Assembly: GCF_001194135.2 (NCBI RefSeq)
Contig: NC_068993.1
Coordinates: forward strand, 55,314,715 to 55,378,714
Direction of reading: 5' to 3'
Length of the DNA: 64,000 nt
Origin: Octopus bimaculoides
Taxonomy: Eukaryota
Of this stretch, positions 1 through 12,236 are shown one piece after another; positions within the stretch are counted from its first letter, which is position 1, and every line of letters begins with the position of its first letter. The notes beneath the pieces were generated by a model. The model had not been told where the DNA came from, searched no databases, and was given only the letters and a program-made list of their open reading frames with translations. Made by a program: the position numbers and the translations under genes.

Positions 1-1059
1 CCGGAGGAGATAATGCTGCCCTGAGTCAAGAGGGTGGTTGCTGGAAGTTCAACACTTCTGATTTTGGTTGGTTGGTTTGAACATGTTCAACACAAACTAG
101 GTGTAGTTTTCATAAATTTCAATATTGATAGCTATTACTCAAGTATATATATTTTTTTTACTAAATAAGGCCTTAATGTTTGCAATGAAAATGTCTTCTT
201 TAACACATAGGGATATTGATATTATTCTAGGTGCTAGACACTTAGTTATACAGTTTGATAAGAAATTATGGACCAGGAAAGACAGAACTAATAACTTTGA
301 TTCTACAGTGGGATCCAGCAGCTCTGTGCAAGTCACAGATCTCATCAGAATATGTTTATTGCACGCCTTACAGCATAATTTCCCTGATCTTAGGTAATTT
401 GTACCAAGATGATGCATTGTTTATATTTCCTAACACTACTAAAGTGTATATTGAAAAGTCAAGGAAGAAATGAAAATTTTCTAGCAACTCTGGACTAGGA
501 ATTAAAGTAGAAAATAATTTTAGGATAATCGATTTCTTCAATGTCACCTTGGACCTTAACTATGGATTCTTCTATCCATACTACAAGATAACTGTTAATT
601 TAATTATATAAATCACTACTCCAATTACCCTAGAAGTATAATTAGTTTTATAGTAAATGGGGTCTCCACTAAAATTTGTTATTTATCAGCTAATGAAAAT
701 ATCTTTAGGCAGCATTCTCAGTCTTCTAATGAGGTGCTCAATATGGCTAGTTACAAGGAGAAAATTACATCTAAATCTAGAGAACCCCTTAACAGTAATG
801 GAGTAAGCAACCATACTATTAGTTCTTCTAAATGTAATTCTGCTAACAACATTATCAAGAATATTATTAGTAATAATACCAGGAATATTAACAACAACAA
901 CAATAATAATAATAATTGTAATAATAGTAATAGTAACAGAAATGCTCATAATTATCTGATGATAACATGATGAATAGGACATAAGCTGAAGGTGCTTGCA
1001 GTACAAGCAACAGTAATAAAAGTAACAGTACTGATACTAATAAAACTGGTGATAGTTGT

Positions 1060-1099
<40 letters not shown>

Positions 1100-2351
1100 T
1101 CAACAACAATAATAATCCTTTTTACTACAGGCACAAGACCTGGAATTTTGAGGAAGGGGGCAAGTTGATTACATCGACCCCAAAATCCAACTGGTTTTTA
1201 CTTTATCGACCCTGAAAGGGATGAAAGGCAGAGTCACCCTCAGCAGAATTTAAACTCAGAATGTAAAGGCAGATGCAGTGCTAGTAAGCATTTTTTCTGG
1301 CATGTTAATGTTTCTGCTGGCTTGCTGTCTTAATAATAATAATTATAGAAATACTAGTGATATTAATAGCATTGGTAATAATAATAGTGACAGAAATAAC
1401 AACAATAATAATCATGAAAATAAAAGAGTATTTGTACCTGCCAAAGAAGTAGTTGACAGATATTACATAAAAGTGATATATTGTGGTATAACCCTTCATG
1501 ATCTACAAATATTGTGACATAACCGGCTAGGAACTTTTTCAGTATTTTGGAAAAAACACTTCCCTCCATCTAGCAGATATAGTAGAATCTTTAACAAACA
1601 CAAGATTAAGCTCTCTTTTTCTACCATACTTAATCTAGCCAATCACATTGGTGTTATTTATAAGAATTCTCCCAATAATAGTAATAGCATAAACCCTTAC
1701 AGGGATGGAACCCAAACCCACTCTATCCATTTTGACTTCTACTGTACTTTCCAACACTCATTCAATATGAGGATACAACATTAATATTAGTGAATAAAAG
1801 TGGAGGAACTGATGATGAAGATAATCCTTTCTAATATTGGCACAAGGCCTGCAATTTTGCAGGACGGGTCTAGTCACATTGATCCTAGTGCTTATCTGGT
1901 ACTTATTTCATCAACCCTGAAGTGTTTTGCCCAGTATGCTAATGATCCTGTCAGCTCACTACCATAATGATAATAATAATGAAAACAATATTAATAATGA
2001 TAATAATTACAGTAATAATAATACAGATGCTGTTGATTGGGTTAACATTGATATTAACTATAGAAATAGTGTAAGAAATATCCATCATAGGTGTAAGAAT
2101 TTATGTAATAATATTAATTATATTAATTTTGGGGGAGGAGTAAGTTGATTACATCAGCCCCAGTGCTCAACTGGTACTTATTTTAGCAGCCCTGAAAGGA
2201 TGGAAAGTCAAGTCAACCTCAGTGGCAGTTGAATTCAGAATGTAAAGGCGAACATATAATAATAATATCAGCTATAATAATAATACTAGACATATTGGTA
2301 TTAATAATTGTGATAATGGTTATGGTAATAATTATAACTGTAGTAGTAGTA

Positions 2352-2386
<35 letters not shown>

Positions 2387-2960
2387 CATAATCATTTTGG
2401 AGCACTGGGGAGACTAAATGATGCTTATACTTCCAGTATGAATTTTGGTAATGTAAGTGTTGATGGCATGACTAATGCGCATAATTCTTCTGATTATGAC
2501 TGCATAATTGTATGAATTATGTAACCTTTCAATATTCTCATCCTGACATTAATTAAATTATGTAACTGTAAGAAGAGAATTTCTTGCTCTCTAGGAAATA
2601 AATGCCTAACCAAAAACTGTATATAAGTGTCGTATTAGAACTAGTCTGCATTCATTCACTTATGTGGGTTTCACTTCGTCCATTTTTAAAGTAAGATTAT
2701 GTAGTCATCTTCATATACTTAGGAGGAGAGATACAGCAAGAACAACACTCTCCATGAAGGTCTAGGACTTAAATGACGAAAATGTCAACTTTTATCTGAT
2801 GTGAAACATTGCTAGACGCACTAAACCAATTGTTAGTGGTAGATATGGTTGCAATTTCTGTTTAGAATTGTTGGAAATCTTAAAATATATGGTGAAATTA
2901 TTAATGGATCAGGTGAAATAAAGATCAGATACCTACATTCTATCCATAGAACTTTCTTAT
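1..2960 (+). mobile_element. Decayed Penelope-like element (RT + Cys-rich linker + GIY-YIG endonuclease)
   Basis: Frameshifted motifs in order: FNIDSYYSSI (118-147), WTRK..FDSTVGS, LYQDD (YQDD 402-413), IIDFFNVTLDLN (525), DILWYNP (1475-1495), HFPP..RIFNK, CNCKKRISCSLGNKCL (2561), VYKC...YVG..FKVR (2619-2700). Two expected Trp codons are now stops. Confidence 0.88.
1117..1330 (-). mobile_element. SINE family A nested in the Penelope-like linker
   Basis: Reverse-strand family A core flanked by (AAT)n; further fragments at 1826-1922, 2125-2252 and 3434-3528. Confidence 0.8.
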
Positions 2961-4304
2961 GCTTTAAACCAATTCTATAAAGTCTTCCTTGAGTGTTGGA
3001 TATGTATCTATTGGAAATATTAGTTCTGTTTTTTTTTTCTTTTCTGTTATTTTCTGGCCTCTCAGCTTGTGACTTCTTTGCAACTAAATAATTGATATCT
3101 GTAAATTTTAGTGCTGGTTCCATGTGACCCATACTGGTGTCACATATAGAGCACTCATACTGGTGTTGCATGAAAACCATCTGTGTTGGTGTCACATATT
3201 AAGCACTGTTGCTGGTGCCACATAAAAAGCATCCGGTACACTCTGTAAAGTGGTTGGTGTTAGGAAGGGACATCCAGCTGTAGAAACCATGCCAAAACAG
3301 ACAGTTGGAGCCTAGTGTAGCTCTCTGACTTGCCATCTCCTCTCAAAATGTCCAACCCATGCCAGCATGGAAAGCAGACATTAAATGATGATGATATACT
3401 AACAAATTTGTAAATTTATATCTTTGACACTGCTTATTGAACCCCAGTGCTCAACTGGTACTTATTTTAGCAAACCTGAAAGGATGGAAAGCCAAGTCGA
3501 CCTCAGTGGCAGTTGAACTCAGAATGTATACCAACAGTATTCTCTCTATTTGGTTTATCCTATTTTGCTTCTGTTATTTCTTTCCTCTCCCTTTTCTCTG
3601 AGTTTTCACAGGAAACTTTCACAAATTTGTGGCTTTCCTTAAGTTTATTCTCCCTGAATTATAAATTAGCTGGACTTCCCTTAGTTCAAGTTGATACTCT
3701 ATAAGCTCTGTAATAATTAATCAGAGCATTTTTATTAAGACTAATTAAGTGAACGAATAAGTAATGCTGGAATTTATTAGCCATGCCACTCCTTAATGTA
3801 GTTAACTTTAAAACAATATAACACTGTAAATGAGTTCTTTTTTTTTTTTTTTTGAGGAGAGTTGGCAGCTCTGTTCTTTGAACATGTTTTAATAATGTCA
3901 AATGTTGTACTTGGCACCTGCTATCCACTAGTATACAAACATGCTCTGCCACTACCAACCTTCATGAATGAGATTACTAAGTTTAATGACATCTATAACT
4001 GTTCTTTAATTCTCAACCTCATTCTGCTATCCACCACCTACATTGTTTGACAGTTTGTAGTCCCACCCAATTTACATTTCATAAATGTTGGTAATTCTGA
4101 TTAGAAATTTTACTTGTTGGTGATCTGTTGATCAATCAGCATATCACTGCTTGCTTGTTTACTTGGTTAACCTGATGAGTTGAGAGTCGCATAATATTGT
4201 GTAATCCTGTGGTATGGCATCCCTGACTATACTATGCTTACAATAAAATCTCTTAACAAAAACAATTGTAGCAGTACCACATAACCCATTCATCTGCTTT
4301 TACT

Positions 4305-4412
<108 letters not shown>

Positions 4413-6271
4413 GTATTCAACCAACCCACTGTCACCAGTGTAGACACTTTAGTACATTTATTCAACTTGCAATCACTAACACTACAATATATACTGTTAA
4501 CAAATACATCAGTTACCAACATTAGTGTATATACATTTACCAACATTGCAATCACCAATATAGACACATTCAACAGCACACCACAGTCACCAGTATGGAC
4601 ACTGCACAGCACATATTCAGCAACACCACAATCACCAATGCAGCTTTACCTAATTCAACTGCCCAACAATCACCTACATCAACATTACTATACATATTTC
4701 TGCATCATTACAATCGCCAGCATAAAGACTGCAATATTTAGATTCAACAATATCTTAAACTGATGCTGGTGCCACGTAAAAAGCACTCTGTACACTTTGT
4801 AAAGTGGTTGGCATTAGGAAGAGCATCCAGTTGTAGAAACCATGTCAAAACAGACGATGGAATCTGGTGTGGCTCCTGACCTTGCCAGCTCTTGTTGCAC
4901 CCATGCCCACATGGAAGATGATGCTAAATGATGATGATGACAAACACCAAGAGAATATAATAGTATATACATTCAACTCTACCAATCTTACCAACATACA
5001 TATTTTAACACAGTATCCTCAGCAAAGTTACAACCTGCAATACATGCATCCATCTATGCTGCAATCACCAATATAGGTGCTTCAGTGCATGTGTTATAAA
5101 ATTATTATTGTAATTTATGGTCAGAGAGCTTTATTGTGTAGTTTAGTTGAAGACAGAGATCAGCAGGATAAAATGATTTGATTGGCTACAGTTGTGTTCT
5201 ATAATGGAAAACTTTCTTTGGCAGCACATAACCAGAAATTAGCATATAATGAACATGCTGGAAAAGTAGCTGCTTCAATTTTCTTGTTAAATTTTCAATT
5301 CGGTCGAAATAAATTGTGTTTTCGTTTTTCTACATTTCAAAATGAACATTTTCATTTTAAATGTTTTGCCTAACTTTTCCTCTATAATTTTTGTACATGC
5401 CTTTCTTAAACGCTATAACTCTGTTATATTTAAACTCAGAATATTATTTAAATGTTTAACTGTCCCATGACTTGTTTCCATATTGGTTATTTCCTCTTCA
5501 TAGTTTATATTTTACCTCTTCGAAATCAGCTGCTACTAAATCATGTCATTTTCCTCCATTTGATGAAATATTTATAAATCAAGACACTAAACATGCACAA
5601 GTTTCAGTTGTGAAAAACAGTGGCAAGCAATGTCTATCTATCTACTTATAAACAATGAATTGCTAATATAGTCTTGATGCCTGTCCATCTTCTAATATTG
5701 AAAATTTCATTTGAATTTTGACTGAATTACTGAGATGAGGAATTATTATTATACACTTCCTTCCTTGTAAAATGGGTTAGTGGCCGGAAGGGCGTCCAGC
5801 TGTTAAACATTGTTTCAACAATACATATTTGTGTAACAATGCTGGCACGAAAAAAGAAATAGATGTTAAACAAACAAATGAACACACTGATGGATTCAGA
5901 TTAGTTTCTTCACTTCATCATGATTGTTATGGTCACAGCATTTCAGCCATTGTACTTTCTAGTCTTCTTCAGTAGCCTTCTTGGTATCATAGGCCAAACC
6001 TTTATCAATTCCATGCTGATGGTAGATTGTTCTCATTCTGTTGTCATACTATGAATATTAATAGTTATTTCCTTATTCGCTTGCTTGTTCAGTTTCAACT
6101 AGAGAATATATTGCTTGGCTAACCCAGAGATTGAACTAATGCCCACTAACTAATCTACTAAACTTAACCCTTAATCTACTAAATTACTAATCTATCAAAC
6201 TTAACCCTTGACACTTATATCTATTATACCATTGATTTATTATCTTCTCTACAAGCAGCAGTACTTGGTCT

Positions 6272-6470
6272 TCGGGTGAAATGCTTAACGGTATTTCGTC
6301 TGTCTTTACATTCTGAGTTCAAATACCACTGAGGTCAACTTTGCCTTTCATCCTTTCGGAGTCGATAAATTAAGTACCAGTTGCATACTGGGTTGATCTG
6401 ATCGACTGCCCCCCCCCCACCAAATGTCGGGCCTTGTGCCTAGAGAAGAAAAGATTATCATTATCATTAC
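6272..6470 (+). mobile_element. SINE family A copy
   Basis: GAGTTCAAATACC B-box, family core, 3' GGGCCTTGTGCCT and an ATT-type tail. Confidence 0.85.
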
Positions 6471-6491
6471 CTAAAGTAGTATTGGTTTCAT

Positions 6492-6695
6492 ATTTTAGCT
6501 CAAGGCCAGCAATTTCAGAAGAGAGGATAAGTTGATTATATCAACCCCAGTATTCAACTGGTACTTATTTTATTGAACCCAAAAGAATGAAGGGCAAAGT
6601 TGACTCTTTGCAGAATTTGAACTCAGTACATAACAACAGATGAAACACTGCTGAGCTTTTTGCCCAGCACGGAAATGATTCTGCCAGCTGACCAC
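6492..6695 (-). mobile_element. SINE family A copy, inverted relative to 6272-6470
   Basis: Reverse complement of the family consensus. Confidence 0.85.
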
Positions 6696-6748
6696 TTGAC
6701 ACCTGAAATAAATATTCGTTATTATATTACATTATTTTACTCTTTTAT

Positions 6749-7093
6749 TTGTTTCAGTCATTTAATCCTAGAACTTATTCTTTGTAAGCCTGGTACTTAT
6801 TCTACCGGTGTCTTTTGCCGAACCGCTAAGTCACAGGGGCATAAACACACCAGCATCGGTTGTCAAGCAATGGTGGAGGAACAAACACAGACACACGAAC
6901 ATACACACACACAAGAAAAAAAACACGTACACACATGTATGTGATGGGCTTCTTTCAGTTTCCATCTACCAAATCTACTTACAAGGCTTTGGTCAATCCA
7001 AGGCTATAGTAGAAGTCACTTGCCCAAGGTTCCATGCAGTGGGACTGAACCCAGAACCATATGATTTGTAAGCAAGCTACTTACCACACAGCT
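6749..7093 (-). mobile_element. tRNA-derived SINE family D with internal (CA/TA) tract
   Basis: Minus-strand head with B-box GGGTTCAGTCCC; matches 25896-26187 and a + copy from ~15660. Confidence 0.8.
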
Positions 7094-7752
7094 ACAATCA
7101 CCTAAAATTATTACCTAATATATGTGTGTATGTGTGTGTAATCACAGGAATTCATAATATTTTAGACAAATTGCTAAATTGCTTTGAAATGATTCTTATA
7201 ATCTTTGGTTGGTTCAGGAATATGGATTCTATTAGAATTGTTACATCAAGCTGAAGTTCAGAATAATGTCACATATTCTATGATGTTCTCCACAGAAATC
7301 TGTGTCTTTGTGAAAAATTTCAGTTACCCAATGGGAAAACTGTAACCAAACAACTTGGAATATACGCACATATAGTTACCTTATATATTAAGATAATCAC
7401 TAATCCAGTGTCTTATAGGAATAATAGGATAGTGAACATAATGAATGCTATGAAATCATTGTTATTTGTAATATATCTTAGCTAAAAACTGACAGCCAGC
7501 AGTTTGCAGTAAATACAGACATGTTTATACTTGTACTTCAAATACTGAAGTTGATCATTTACATTGAATGAAATGACTTTTGGCAATTGTTTTTTTTACC
7601 ACAGCATACATTCAGCAACGCCACAATCATAACATTTATATGACAGGACATACATTCAACAACTTAATCACCAATTTAGACTCTATAGTGTATACATTCA
7701 CAACACCACACTCTCCTACATTATGTACATTCAATAGAACTACAACCACTAA

Positions 7753-8442
7753 CATCATCATCATCATCGTTTAACGTCCGCCTTTCATGCTAGCATGGGT
7801 TGGACGATTTGACTGAGGACTGGCAAACCAGATGGCTACACCAGGCTCCAATCTGATTTGGCAGAGTTTCTACAGCTGGATGCCCTTCCTAATGTCAACC
7901 ACTCTGACAGTGTAGTGGGTGCTTTTACGTGTCACCGGCACGAAGGCCAGTAAGGCGGTACTGGCAACGGCCATGCTCAAAATGGTGTATTTTACGTGTC
8001 ACCTACACAGGAACCAGTCCAGCGGCACTGGCAACAATCTCGCTCGAATGTTTTTTTCATGTGCCACCGGCACAAGTGCCAGTAAGGCGACGCTGGTAAT
8101 GATCACGCTTGGACGGTGCTCTTAGCGCTCCACTGGTACAGGTTCCAACACAATTTCAAATTCACTTCCCCAACAGGTCTTCGCAAACCGAGTTTAGTGT
8201 CCAGTGAAGGAGAGGTTGGCATGGGTACCAGTTGTTGAATTTGGTTCAATTTCGATTTCACTTGCCTCAGCAGGTTTTTGCAAATGGAGTTTAGTGTCCA
8301 ATGAAGGAAAGGTACGCATAAGTGGGCTGGCTACACCCCTGGCAGAGGCCTCGGATTATGGTCTCACTTGGCTTGCCAGGTCTTCTCACGCACAGCAAAT
8401 TTCCAAAGGTCTCGGTCACAAGTCCTTGCCTCGGTGAGGCCT
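7753..8442 (-). mobile_element. 5'-truncated RTE-type LINE 3' end (ORF C-terminus + 3'UTR + (GAT)n tail)
   Basis: Minus strand reads GLTEARTCDRDLWKFAVREKTWQAK*, then a 3'UTR with GGTTG(A/G)C(A/G)TTAGGAAGGGCATCCAGCTGTAGAAAC and a (GAT)n tail. Confidence 0.8.
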
Positions 8443-8563
8443 AAAACATAGACACTAAATCACAAACATACAATTCCACAATAACTAATACGGCTGCTAC
8501 AGGACATACATTTAACAACACTATATGCACTAATATAGATGTTACCACAGAACATATATTTAA

Positions 8564-8783
8564 GCCTTTAGCATTTAAACCAGCCTTATCTAGCCCAACT
8601 ATTCTACCTGTCTTATGTTCAAACTAACCAGATTTGGCCTCTCACACCAACCCGACAATGTAATTCTAAAAATAAACCAACACACCATCGAAATCATGAA
8701 GCTATGAAATAATACATGATTATTTCCAGACAATTTGAAATCATAACTATTGCATTTGTCAGATTGATCTAAACACTCAAGGG
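8564..8783. mobile_element. piggyBac-type MITE copy (opposite orientation)
   Basis: TTAA|GCCTTTAGCATT...CAAGGG|TTAA. Other copies at 12295-12514, 18935-19108, 20945-21120, 24325-24497, 28165-28290 and 54993-55188. Confidence 0.8.
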
Positions 8784-9554
8784 TTAATGACAGCACAGTT
8801 ATTTGCAGTTCAAATATTGAACAACACTTACCAGTCACCAGCAGTGTTGTGACAAGAAATATTTACTGAGAATCAAATTGTTTTATTTGGCACAAAAGAT
8901 CAGCTCCAGAATTCAGTACATAGACTTGAGTGTGTGTCCACATTTATTGCACATGGCTGACTGTCAGCTTTCAACTAAAGTGTACCATAAGCGACCTACC
9001 TGCAACAGAAGTTATTATAATGATTTCATAGCACTTTAAAGATTGATTGGCACTTTCCAGATCCTTGATGAGTCATGAGGAAATTCAAGTCAACCATAAT
9101 TTCATCTTCAATAACTGAATCAACATTGAACTGCTCTTGCTCACATGCTTGTTTTGCCTTGAACATGTCAGGATGGTGAATTGACCATGGCAGTCGATTC
9201 ACCATCACCATTGTCATCATTTAACATCCATTTTCCATGCTGGCATGGGTTGGATGGTAGGGCAGGTGGCATGTCTTACTATGCCGGCATGCGTTTAGGT
9301 AAGACATGTTATAGCAAAAGGTGTTAACTATGGAAGCTTTAAACAGTTGAATAATATCCGAAAAATGACTCTTTTCAGACAATTATGGTCTCTGTTAGTG
9401 TAGGTTTTCATTCACATGCGTTAACTACAGCATTAGAGTGGTTTAGCTCTTATTTCTAGCAATGTAGGCGTTTCTTAAACCCTAGTCACATTTAGTGACA
9501 ATCATAATTCTCGTTTTTGGTGAAACATTGCANNNNNNNNNNTATCTATATATC

Positions 9555-9588
<34 letters not shown>

Positions 9589-10371
9589 TATATGTCACGT
9601 CACTCTTAGTTCTACTGGTGACATGTAACCCAGTAAAACTTGTTGCATAGTTAGGTAGTTGGTGACTAAATCGGCAAACCTACCTGGCCTGTTTGGTAAG
9701 GAGGGTGGTTTTTGTCAGAGACCCTGCAGGACAAAAAACAAAACCTGTCTGAGTGTGACTGAACTAAGTAGAGTCAATGGCCATCTAACAGCTGGGTGTA
9801 TGAAACCCCTAGCCTTTGGTTAGACATCTCTGTTGGAGAAGGTAATTCTGAAATGACACCTTCCTTACGGTAAAGTCTGAGATCATGTTCTTGCTTGTTT
9901 CTGGACTACTTGGCTTTGCAGGTGAGAGTTTTAGCAGTGTTGTGCAAGCTGTTATTGACTTTAAATTTCAGCATGGTCATGGCTAACAGCTATTGTCTTT
10001 AATATCTGAGATGAAATGATTTGTCAGTGATGGTTATACTTGTTTATAAACTGACAGGTTCCATATATATATATCATCATCATCATCATCATCATCATTT
10101 AACGTCTGCTTTCCATGCTAGCATGGGTTGGACAATTTGACTGAGGACTGGTGAAACCGGATGGCAACACCAGGCTCCAATCTAAATTTGGCAGAGTTTC
10201 TACAGCTGGATGCCTTTCCTAACGCCAACCACTCAGAGAGTGTAGTAGGTGCTTTTATATATATGGGGGAGAATGTACGAAAAAAAAACAAAAAAACAAC
10301 AACAACAGACGAGGACAGGTGGTGTAAACAACAAAAAGATGTATTAGTTTGACGCTCGGGAATACAGAAAG

Positions 10372-10408
10372 TCTTTAACGTTTCGAGCGACGCTCTTCAA
10401 CAGAAAGA
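10372..10408 (-). ncRNA. Minimal type-I hammerhead-ribozyme-like motif (variant core)
   Basis: Minus strand TCTTT-CTGTTGA-A-GAGC-GTC-GCTC-GAAAC-GTT-AAAGA; stems I and II pair fully; core has A6U. Confidence 0.5.
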
Positions 10409-10739
10409 ATACGGAGAAAACAAGGAGGAAAACACGGAGAAAAAAAATTGAATGGTGTTTGGTCAATGATCTATCATGGCTTTCCCTTTTGTGTATGAAT
10501 TTTTTTTTTTCCTCGATTCAGCCACTAAAAACCACACAAAATATATAAATATACACATCTTGCATCTTTACCATAGCCATGGCTATTACCTCAGTCCATC
10601 ACATTTGAGAAGTTGTAGGAAAATCAAAAAGTGTTAAAGGTTCAGGGTTTGACAAAACACAATTAAAACACCTGTGTTCTGACAGTATTATTTCACCTAC
10701 CAATATCTTTTACTATTCATCATTCCTTATTCATTCATT

Positions 10740-11014
10740 GTGGAGGTGCAATAACCCAGTGGTTAGGGCAACGGACTCATGGTCATAGGATCGCGGTTTC
10801 GATTCCCAGACCGGGCGTTGTGAGTGTTTATTGAGCGAAAACACCTAAAGCTCCACGAGGCTCCGGCAGGGGGTGGTGGTGAACCTTGCTGTATTCTTTC
10901 ACCACAACTCTCTCTCACTCTTACTTCCTGTTTCTGTTGTACCTGTAATTCAAAGGGCCAGCCGTGTCACACTCTGTGTCATGCTAAATCTCGCTGAGAA
11001 CTACATTAAGGGTA
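10740..11014 (+). mobile_element. SINE family B copy, 3'-truncated
   Basis: High similarity to 33754-34030. Confidence 0.88.
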
Positions 11015-11024
11015 CAACAAAATG

Positions 11025-11290
11025 CAAATGTGCTTAGAGAAAAATTAAGCATAAGAGGCATCAGATGTGGTGTGCAGGAGAGAAGATTGCACAAGTGTGG
11101 TCATGTGATGCAGATGGATGAGAATTACTATATAAAGAAGTGCTGATTGCAAAATGTGGAAGGAACATGTAGAAGAGACAGACCTAGGAAGACATGGGAT
11201 GAAGTGGTGAAACTGACTTCAAGATGTTGAACCTCTCAGAGGAGATGAATGGCATTATGCTCTGCTTGAGAAGACCTGTCCATTTCAGCA
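11025..11290 (+). mobile_element. RTE-type LINE RT C-terminal fragment
   Basis: REKLSIRGIRCGVQERRLHKCGHVMQMDE...EGTCRRDRPRKTWDEVV...WHYALLEKT. Confidence 0.8.
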
Positions 11291-12075
11291 GATTCAAGCT
11301 CTGTTAAGCCTTCTTCCACAACTCATCTTCTATTTTTTCATTTCCCACTACATAAAACTGATATCCTCCACATCCAACTCATTCCTTATCTCTAGTCACC
11401 TGCCACACTATTTTCACTCCGTGCACTTCCTATTCTGTCTAATTCATGTTGTACCTGTACCTCAGATCTTCTTCTTTTTCTTCTTCTCTCTCTCCAGGTG
11501 GTCAAGCCATGTATTCACCTCTTCAGCAAGACACCTGTTCCTCTCCTTCTATCATAGTTTCTTATTCCTCCAGTCTGTACCCCACTCAGTTGTGAGGGTC
11601 TTATCTTCCAGGTGTTTGGCGACCTCACTGATGTTGGTGCCACAAAAAAGCACCCAGTACACTCTGTTAAGTGGTTGGCATTAGGAAGGGCATCCAGCTG
11701 TAGAAACTATGGCAGACATAGAACCTGGCAGAGACTTCTGGTTTGTCTGATCTTGTCAAACTATTCAACCTATCACAGAAAAAGGAATATTAAATGATGA
11801 TGATGATATGCATAGAAACATAGACAGATACAATTGCACACACATTTCAGCAGGGACTTTGGCATATGACAGCAAGTTGATGACAAGCTCAGATTTTTTG
11901 TCCAGGGTTAGAATAGGCTGGTAGGTAATGTGGAACTTTTCTGTGACACAGAGGTTGCAAAACTCTGTTACTAAAAGTTGGAGCTATGTTTATAATTATC
12001 CAAGTATTGTTGATCAGTACCCAACGAAAATAAATCATTTTCTTTTCTTTTTGTTTGTATCTCTTCTTTTTCCAG

Positions 12076-12236
12076 GTCCAGCAATATGGTAATAAAACAT
12101 TGTTAGACTTGCCCAGTGAAGGATGGATATTGTTATGTGGTAGAAACTGTATGAGTGAAGACTCATTGGTTATGGAATTAATCCAGCCTGAACCAAACAG
12201 TTTTGCCAATTTTGCCATTGCAGCTAAATTATCGAG
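12076..12236 (+). CDS. HECTD3: HECTD3 first visible exon ([25 protein letters not shown]...AAKLS)
   Basis: ttttccag acceptor, gtgagt donor; EGWILLC matches HECTD3 EGWLLVC; phase 2 joins the next exon. Confidence 0.85.

Noticed and set aside
231-393. AG...GT-bounded segment as a possible HECTD3 first exon
   Set aside because: The peptide matches PLE RT, not HECTD3, and ends in phase 2 whereas the exon at 12076 needs phase 0.
139-417. Minus ORF with GKLCCKACN resembling a zinc finger
   Set aside because: It is the antisense of the Penelope RT motifs and lacks downstream metal-binding His residues.
11895-11930. Possible 19-nt microexon (ccag|...tag|gtaatg) upstream of 12076
   Set aside because: It contains no HECTD3-like residues, is not frame-neutral and has no other support.
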